64,000 nucleotides of DNA. Origin: Microbotryum violaceum. Taxonomy: Eukaryota. The notes under the pieces are model-generated. The model was not told the origin of the DNA. It ran no database searches and worked only from the letters and a program-made list of their open reading frames with translations. Shown piece after piece: positions 39,291 to 64,000 of the stretch. Location of the stretch: NCBI GenBank assembly GCA_001244265.2, contig LN717261.1, positions 1,193,591 to 1,257,590 of the forward strand, read 5' to 3'. The position numbers and the translations under genes were made by a program. Positions within the stretch are counted from its first letter, which is position 1. The number at the start of each line of letters is the position of its first letter.

Positions 39291-39598
39291 ACTATTCTCC
39301 ATTCATAGCTTGAAGCTACGTCGGCAAGACCAAGTATATCTCCGGGGTCTGTGATTTCATTCTTGCTATCAAGGACCTGAAAAGTCCTTCCACCCGCCTC
39401 GCTTAATCTCGAACGTGACGGGGTCACGGAGCGGATCTCGCTGAAGATCACAATTTACCGGTGGCATGCGCTACTGCGTCTTCTGTCGATCAGGCTCCCA
39501 TCTCCAAAAGGGCCGCCCTTCCCGCTACGGCATGGCCATGCAGAATCTGTATACTTCTCATGCCACGCAACGCTGCCCGGAGCCCAAGGGTCCGGATA

Positions 39599-39982
39599 AG
39601 GTCAGATCAAGTTCAGATCAATCAAGCCTCGAAGAAAAAAATCCAAAAGTAGACGGTACCTGGATGCTGCCATTGTGATTTGAAATGCCAACTGCGCGCA
39701 CCTGATCACTGTCACGAATGGAAGCAAGGGTCCGCATAGATCAGATCAGATCTGATCTGACGGGGGTCAGGTCAAGTTCAGATCAATCAAGCCTCGAGGG
39801 CAAAAAAACCAAAAGTAGGCGGCACCTAGATGGTGCCATTGTGTTTGAAATGCCAACTGCGGCGGACCTGATCACTGCATGCATATGCTCATATTCGAAT
39901 TTTTAAACTCGAATTTACTGATGTTCATAATCCAATTTATTGATGCTCATATTCCAATTTACTAATGCTCATATCCGAATTG
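39599..39982. repeat. ~112-bp direct repeat pair followed by a 22-bp minisatellite
   Basis: GGTCAG.TCAAGTTCAGATCAATCAAGCCTCGA...CCTGATCACTG at ~39599 and ~39765; TACTGATGCTCATATTCCAATT-like units at ~39886-39982. Confidence 0.8.
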
Positions 39983-40180
39983 TAGTTTTTCAATGCAGGG
40001 TTTTCTACTGGTATTATGATACAGGTACACTATAAAGCAGCAAACTGAGTGTCGACGTCTCCCATTTGTCTGGATTGTCAGATTGATCAAGATCTAAACC
40101 GCCCGAAGCTCCGGCTGCCGCTCCTTTTGCCCGTTTCTTATACCCTTTAGTCGGCTCTAATTATTCCTCTTTCTCTTCCT

Positions 40181-40815
40181 CTACCCGAGACTGCTCTTCC
40201 TCGCTTTCTTCTCTGCGACGGACCCGCCTGGTGATGGTCTTCTGGCTAATGCGAGAAGATTGTTTAGCGTTCGCCTCCTTCGTCGATTTTGACTGACCCG
40301 GGCCTCTTGTTTAAGAGCAGATTCTAAGCCTAGCTCGTTGCGCAATCTTGTGATGTCCGCCCTGGAAAGCCGTCCCATGATTCCCGCCAATCGACAGGCT
40401 TCACAGTCGTACTGCAGTCTATACGCGGCTCGGGACATTCGCCAACGCATGAATAACAAGTTCTTCATAGAGCCAGTCGCCCGATGTGACCCTCAAGAAA
40501 GCCGTGCGCTCACGAATCTGAAAGAGGATGACGAGTGAGTGCCCGAGCAAGCGCACGCTCCGTACAAGACTGGCAGGTTCCGCGCAACTCACATATTTGA
40601 CGATATCTCGTTGTTTTGCAGGTCCAAGACGTCCCCACACAGTAGTGTTGTTTTGCGTTTTGGCGTGAATGAGCCTGAACGCGTCCTTGAGGTTGAACTC
40701 CTTAGGCGTGTGGTAGTCTGGAGTCCACATGCCGACCATAAAGGTTGATGGGGTCAGGTGTGGTGATTCCTGCCTTTACTAGTGCATCCCGTACAACCGA
40801 CTGGTCGAAGGACAT
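40181..40815 (-). pseudogene. Unidentified spliced gene or pseudogene
   Basis: MSFDQSVVRDAL..., apparent frameshift at ~40740, and an in-frame 75-nt GTGAGT...TTTCAG intron (40518-40592) joining QRDIVKY to IRERTAFLRVTSGDWLYEEL. Confidence 0.4.
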
Positions 40816-40941
40816 CACACAGATGGTGAGCACTGAGGAGTCAGATCGACGAGATGGCGTCGCGCCCTGATCGTTGAGCCGCCGGTACTCACGCGAACCC
40901 AATTATAGTATACTGGCGCAGGCTCATAGAACCCTTTACGA

Positions 40942-41099
40942 CCTCTATCCTTAAATCCTTAAACTTATAAAATCCTTAATCCTTAAAACTTATCCTGCAA
41001 ACTATATAATAAAATAGGCCGTCGAGACAAAGAACATTCTAGAACGAGACAAACCACGTGGCATGACGTCATGGCGCGCTTCGCGCGCCACCGCACTAG
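40942..41099 (+). mobile_element. Mini-Helitron (~158 bp)
   Basis: Starts (A)CCTCTAT with reiterated TCCTTAA units; ends with hairpin TGGCGCGC-TTC-GCGCGCCA then CCGCA CTAG|T. Confidence 0.75.
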
Positions 41100-41100
41100 T

Positions 41101-43909
41101 AGTACTACTAAATGAATCAGTCACGTCAGACAAAGAACGTTCTAGAACAAAAGACAAACCACGTGGCGTGACGTCATAGGCAGCTCTCGGTCTAGCGCGT
41201 CCCAGTTAGCTAGCGCTGTTTCAGCATCGACTACCTTCGCCGAGGTTCCATTTCCCATCCATGCGGCCTGAAGTAGATGCGGCCTGGCACATGACTCTGC
41301 TTCCCAGACGACCGGCTTTGCGTGCCTACCACATCGTAGTGTAGTCCCTTCAACCATCCAGTTCTGCCACTGCCGAAGAGTCATCTGCAAGCTTTCACGT
41401 CCCGTCTCCTGTACAACAATCTTCACGGAGAGCAGCGGGGCAGCGAGACGTCGGCAGCTGCTCGCGTTCCTCCTCCTCCGCACAATCCTCCTCTTCCCCT
41501 CCCGCTCTAATCGCAGACGTCGCCGCCAGCAACCTCGAACAATCGCCGAAGCTAGCGACAACGATGCCTTCGCCAGAAGCAGCAGCGCGAAACCGATCAA
41601 CACGACGTCGCGCAAACTGGTTCGTCAAGTCAACCTGCACCGGCAGCAGGCAGTCTCAATGTCGCACGGCAAGTGCAACGGGCCCGCAGCTCTTCACCTC
41701 CAAGCTTGAGATTCGTTCGTCCACTTGTTCCAGTTCCGGACCTCGGGTGGCGTCGGCCAGTGCGCCAATTCCGCCGTTAGGGGCCCCGCCAGCGTGTCAC
41801 GGGGCTTCACTCCATGACGTTCCGCGGCGTTCCGCAACATTCTATGAGTCCGGTTCAAACTGAGGCGCAGGCTTCTCCATCTTTCTCCCTCCTGCTCTTC
41901 ACACCTTGCCCATCGCACCTCATCCCATCGCCACCTCGAGCTCGCGACCTCCGAAGCGGTCGTCGTGGAAGCTCTGCAACGAATACGGCATCAAGAAATG
42001 GCTGCCGCATGCAACATAGCTACGAATTCGAGTAAGTAACTTCATGGATTGTGCTCTTGCTGCGTTGTTCAGAAGCTAATGGAAAACTACCAAGCAGAAA
42101 TTCCCTTCAACACATCCTCTTCGAATGTCAACCCTCGAGTTGTTTCTTCACCGCCAGCTGGTGACACGCATACGTGAGTCATCCCTTGACATGGCTGTGC
42201 AGTCTTAGATATGACGGAAAACTTGACACCAAAAACAGACATTGAACGTCAGTGAGACAGCGGAAGGATTGACTTCGTACGGTTGAGGATCCGCCGGGTC
42301 ATTGGGACACTAAATGTGAGTCTTCACTGACATTGCTACAAATGGACAACATCAAGAACACTGATAGTTCTAAAGGACGAATCACCCAAAAAAAAAAACA
42401 GGTTCCGTGAATTGCGGCTCACCATCCGTGGCAGATCCTCAACGGCTCCGTTCGTTGGAGTGACCGTCGTGTTGGCAGGTGTGTGCCAATCTTTCAAAAG
42501 CAAAACGCAGGGCAGCATGACTAACTAATCGGTTGGACTGTAACATCACACAGGTTCCGTGAATTGCGGCTCACCATCCCGTGGCAGATCCTCGACGGCT
42601 CGGTTCGGTGGAGTGACCGTCGTGTTGGCAGGTATGTGCCAATCTTTCAAAAGCAAGGCGCAGGGCAGCATGACTCACTGACCGGTTGGACTGTGACATC
42701 ACAGAGGATCCGAAGCAATGCCTTCCCGGCATTCTCAAAGCATCGCTTACACAAATCGTCGACGCTTGCATCATGAATGTTGACTTCTGCCGGGATCTCT
42801 CTGTAAGTGGTAGTCCTTGCCTGACCTTTAGACCCTATACTAGGCTTACAACGGCACAGTGCGAGCGCAGACAAACATGCCTCTTCTGGCCGCTGCAAAC
42901 CGCATGGCCGAAACGGAACAGGCAAAGGCACAGGGCTTTGCAGATTGGCTCTTCGGAGTTCGGAGTTGGAGACGGGCCGGCGAACGAAACAGAAGCCTAT
43001 CGCGCTCCCACGTGAGCTTCTCCTGCCGGCGACCACGAGGAACAGCTCCGGGTTGATCAGACATGTCTATCCCGTCCCCGTGCTCGAACTGGACAATATG
43101 TCGATAGGCGAAGAAGTCGAATACTTCCGAGAGCGAGCAAAACTGGGCGTGGATCACATCAACAACATGGTGCTCGACCTGCTGCCGCATTGCTACAGAT
43201 GGACAACAGCAAGAATACTGATAGTTGCACGACGTCTCGGAGGTCTGAAGATCAGCAACGACATCGTCAACGGGAAAGGCTCGAGCGAGAGCGTTCCGGT
43301 CCGGTCCCACACAGTTCTTCGCCGAGCCCTGCCTTTGCCAAATCACGACAAATCAGTCCACCTCCAGGAGATCAGGGTAAAATGATTGCGTTGGACAATC
43401 GCCTCCACCCCAGCCAACGCCCGATGTCAAGCGCAGTGCAATTGTTGACTGTGCGGCGTGTGGGATTTGACATCGGGCGTTGGCTGGGGTGGAGGTGATT
43501 ATCCAACGCAATCACCGTACGAAGTCGATCCTTTGACACGCTGGCGGTGATGGTGGACAGGATGTTGCAAGATGTGCGATCGTCAACGGCTCGGTTTGGT
43601 ACGGTGAAATGAAGAGTTATGTCAAAGCTCCATAGTGAAGCTCCGGCAATAGAAGGTGAGGGATGTCGATGTCGGGAGGCATCCATGAAAAGATCCACAC
43701 TCGATGCGGGTCTCGACGGCAGTCTGAGCTCATCATCGGGCTCCCAGGAAGGCTGTTTGCATTTGATTGTCGTCGCGCGGTCCTCTCCCGACTTCAACCA
43801 CTACGCTTGCGTTACTCAGCAGTACCGCAGCTGTTGCAGCGAAGTACATCACATTGCAGGTGAACGGTTACGGTGTGAGGTGGCGCGCGGAGCGCGCCGC
43901 CGAACCTAG
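41101..43909 (+). mobile_element. Helitron J, non-autonomous, with scrambled PIF1 helicase fragments
   Basis: 3' hairpin GGCGCGC-GGA-GCGCGCC then CTAG|T at 43909 (same end as 23294); [34 protein letters not shown]; 152-bp tandem duplication at ~42398-42700; 5' boundary approximate. Confidence 0.75.
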
Positions 43910-43920
43910 TATATATAAAA

Positions 43921-60467
<16,547 letters not shown>

Positions 60468-62670
60468 GATATCTCAATTGCCTCAACGAGTATGTGTCCT
60501 ACAAAACTCCATCCGAGGAGGCCGCCGCCGCCGGTGACTGTGTTCCGGATTGTACAAAAACCTTTTTGCACAAGTACTATGAGAACAAGCTCAACGTCGC
60601 GCTCGGGCTGTTCACCGATGGCCTTCAATTATTCGATTCTGGCGCAAGTAGTTGCTGGCCGATCATCCTCGTCAACTACAACCTACCTCCAACCTTGCGC
60701 TACCAAAAACAACATTTGATTCCCGTGGAAATCATCCCAAATCCAGGGCAGCACAAGAACATCGACTCATTCCTGGAACCTCTGTATGCGGACGCGCGGC
60801 GCTCCGCAGAGATGGGCCATGTGGTATTCAATCGTTACACTGAGGTGAGTTCACTTGATCGGGTCTAGAAGCAAAGTGCGATGCGAAACGACTAACTCGT
60901 TTTTTCCCCTTGTCAGAGCTCTGTACAACAATGTTGGTACATTCAATTTATGGGCGGTGATGGTCCAGGAATCTCCAAGGTGCTTGGATTCAAAGGACCA
61001 AATTCGAAATGGCTGTGCAGGGTCTGCACCAACAAGGGCATCACAGGGCCCAAAGGCCGGAAGAACTATTACCCACTGAGGAGCGTCACTGGAGTACCAC
61101 CCAATCCCGATCAACCAGATCTTCAGGTCGATGATCTGCCAATGTGATCGGAAGAGTCCATCCGCAAAATTGCCTGGGAAGTCACTACGGGCCGCGCACA
61201 ACTGTTCAAGGACCCGGACATGGGAATGAACGGCCTTGCCCGCATAGCTTTCATTCCTGGATTTGGGTTTCACAAAGACGGAGCGTTGGACTTCATGCAT
61301 GCAGCGTTCATTAACATTGCCAAGCGACTTGTCAACCTATGGCACCCCTCAAAAGAAGATACCGCTGCTCAAGTCGCGCAGGGCTTGGAACCTGATCCCT
61401 GGGTCATTGGCGATAACGTCTGGGAGGAAATCGGGCTCGAGATGAAGGCTTGTGCGGCAACGACCCTGTACCAATTTCTTCGAGCCATGCCCAATATTGC
61501 TCGGACCCAATCTCAGATGACCGCCGAGGACTAGTCAAACTGGATCTTGTTTGTTGGCCCTAGCGTTCTCTATGGTCGTCTCCCGGCCATTTACTTCGAG
61601 CACTTCAAACATCTCTCAAGTTGGGTCAGCGTGTGCATGGTGCTGGAGATCCAGAAAGCCGATATCCTGCCCGGAGGCAAGCTCCGGGGCGAGATCAACA
61701 AATGGTACCTGGAATCTGAAAGGTGAGCAGGCGGAGCAGATTCCTTTGCCACCAAACCAATCGAGCCCTTTCTGAGCTGCTCAAGGTCTTATATGACAGG
61801 CTTTACTACAACAGACGGCCGGCTCATCTGAAAATATTTCCGTATTCCTCTCATGCCGTCCTGCACATTGCGGATTTTATTTTGTGGCATGGTCCACCAT
61901 GTTTGACTTGGTGCTTTGTGATCGAGCGATACAATCAACACGTCAAGGCACTGACTTCTACCAGGAAATTACCCTACTCCGCTATCATGCGTGGTAAGTG
62001 ACCGTCCCACTGGTTGAGCAGATGCGAACTCAGGCCGAAGCTGATGAGTTCAATCTTTCTCACAAATGGACGTGCGGTAGGCATCATGGTGGATAACGCA
62101 ATGAAGTCAATCGCTGCGAGGTACCCGGCAGTGTTCTATCCCGCTTCCAAGAGGAAAATACCCTCTGGGAACAGATTGGAGCAACCTGGCCCCCAGGTCG
62201 AACAGTCACTTGGTGACGGGCAGGCTGAGCCTGAGGCGATGGAAGGCTGCGAGCTTATTGGTGCCAGAACAATTCAGCAAGAGAAACTGAGTGTGCTTTT
62301 CAAGAAGCTCTGATCACCTACATCAATTGTACATACGCCCTTGAGCCCAACAAAAGGACGGTATGTACCAAAATCTTGTCTGAAGGGCTTCTCATCAGGT
62401 GCTTTCATGGTGGCATTCTCATTGATATGATGGCCCATGTCACAGCTCGCCGCGGCCAGAAAACTGCTACCAAAGGATTTGACGATTGCCTACACTGCCA
62501 TATTGAATGGAAGCGGGATCGTTGGATCTAGCCAACCGTCGCCCCGGGGCCCATCTCGCCAAGAGGCTTTCACGGTGCGCACTACCAGGCGCAATTGCTC
62601 GTGGATATTGGTTAGTGGATCGTCAGGATCATCAGGAAACTCTTTGCGAGTGCTGAGCTGTGTGCCCCGC
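60468..62670 (+). pseudogene. CACTA/CMC-EnSpm (Tnp2-type) transposase remnant with introns
   Basis: LGLFTDG...WPIILVNYNLPP...NIDSFLEPL, GDGPGISKVLGFKG...CRVC, LDFMH, HAVLHIADFILWHGP...WCFVIER; in-frame stops; GTGAG/GTAAG intron donors. Confidence 0.9.
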
Positions 62671-62751
62671 CACTGCCGGGTACCTCGCAGCGATTGACTT
62701 CATTGCGTTATCCACCATGATGCCTACCGCACGTCCATTTGTGAGAAAGAT

Positions 62752-64000
62752 GACGAGATTCTGTCGGTCTGCTCAAACGCGCGATTCTGGGGGAAGATCG
62801 ACATGACAAACTCCTTCTTCCAAACCAAGATGGCCGAGGATGACATCCGGAAGACGGCGATTGTGACACCGTGGGGATTGTACGAGTGGACGGTAATGCC
62901 AATGGGACTCTGCAACGCCCTGGCAACGCATCAGCGCCGAGTCAACGAGGCACTCAGAGACCTTATCGGGAGCGTGTGTTTCGTGTACCTCGATGACATC
63001 ACAATCTTTGCCGACACCTTGGAGGAACATGAACGGCCGGTGCGACTAGTCCTGGAGGCGCTGAGACGGGCGGATCTGTACGTATCGCCGAAGAAGACGG
63101 AACTGTTTGCTGCCGAGTGCTTTTTCCTCGGCCACCAGATCACTCGGGAAGGCATCAAGGTCGATCCTGACAAGGTGGAGCGGATCCAACAGTGGCCGCG
63201 ACCAAGGACGGTGAAGCAATTGCGGGGATTCCTAGGTCTGGTGCAGTATCTGCGGAAGTTCATCGACAAGCTTGCGGATTTGACGGCGGTTTTAGTCCCG
63301 CTGACACGGAAAGGGGTGCATGTCGACGAAGGCTGGACGGGAGAGCACGACAAGGCGTTTGAGGCAATCAAGTCCTTGGTGGGCAACCTTCCTTCTCTAC
63401 ATCCCATTGACCATTCCGACAAGGGCGACCCATTATGGCTGATGACGGACGCGAGCAATCGGGGAATTGGGGCGGCACTCAGTCAAGGAAAGCAATGGCA
63501 GACGGCCATGCTGGCAGGCTATTGGTCACGACAGTACAACCCAGCGGAAGGCAACTATGCAGCCCACCAGATGGAATTGCTTGCAATTGTGGACGCCCTT
63601 CATCACTGGCGGGCGGACCTTTTGGGTGTTCGATTCAAGATCCTCACAGACCACCACTCCTTGGCGGGCTTCATGAAGCAACCAAGCCTTTCACGACGAC
63701 AAGCTCAATGGACCGAACGACTGGCCGATTACGACTTCGAGATTGTATATGTACGAGGTCCAGAGAACACAGTGGCTGATGCATTGAGTCGTTACTCCTT
63801 CCCGGAGGAACCCACAGCCGGCCGCCAGGCGAGCAACAATGTCAACGTGCTGGCGGAGGCAACTCTCGATCCTGCCTTCCTTTGCAAACTCAGGGACGGT
63901 TACCGCAAGGACCCGCAATGTCAACAAGCTATCAAGAACATTGACTCAACACCACGCTACTCAGTCGACAATGGAATCGCACGGTTTGAAGGACGGATCC
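62752..64000 (+). pseudogene. Gypsy E fragment (RT-RNase H), 5'-truncated, running off the window
   Basis: Nearly identical to 28846 onward ([18 protein letters not shown]...YLDD...TDASN...ADALSR). Confidence 0.95.

Noticed and set aside
39886-39982. Short periodic repeats (also 19260-19330 and 22376-22475) as CRISPR-like arrays
   Set aside because: No unique spacers, no cas genes, and a eukaryotic context.

Overview
This is a eukaryotic, almost certainly fungal (basidiomycete-like) transposon nest. Most of the window is nested or rearranged mobile DNA: four Ty1/copia families (A, B, F, G), three Ty3/gypsy families (C; D in two copies; E in two full copies plus a fragment, D and E with chromodomains), a DIRS/Ngaro-like relic, several Helitron derivatives, a CACTA/CMC transposase pseudogene, a MITE and solo LTRs. 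Family letters are my own labels. The only recognisable host gene is an intact, intron-free orotate phosphoribosyltransferase (URA5, about 38352-39074). It sits on a ~1 kb island between Helitron termini, inside a 5.8 kb core flanked by two near-identical 1.77 kb inverted Helitron 5' arms. One gypsy copy (E1) still has an uninterrupted 1509-aa gag-pol ORF. Mechanistic signals visible in the sequence: an 11-nt Tf1-type self-priming pair and a -1 frameshift site with a pseudoknot in gypsy D, an oligo(T) tract instead of a tRNA primer-binding site in gypsy C and E, and TG...TA copia LTRs. Repeated Ser(TCG)->Leu(TTG) changes in the TE genes fit the TCG-directed RIP-like mutation known from Microbotryum and other Pucciniomycotina; the taxon and a non-recombining or heterochromatic location are inferences. 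All coordinates were read by eye and may be off by a few bases.
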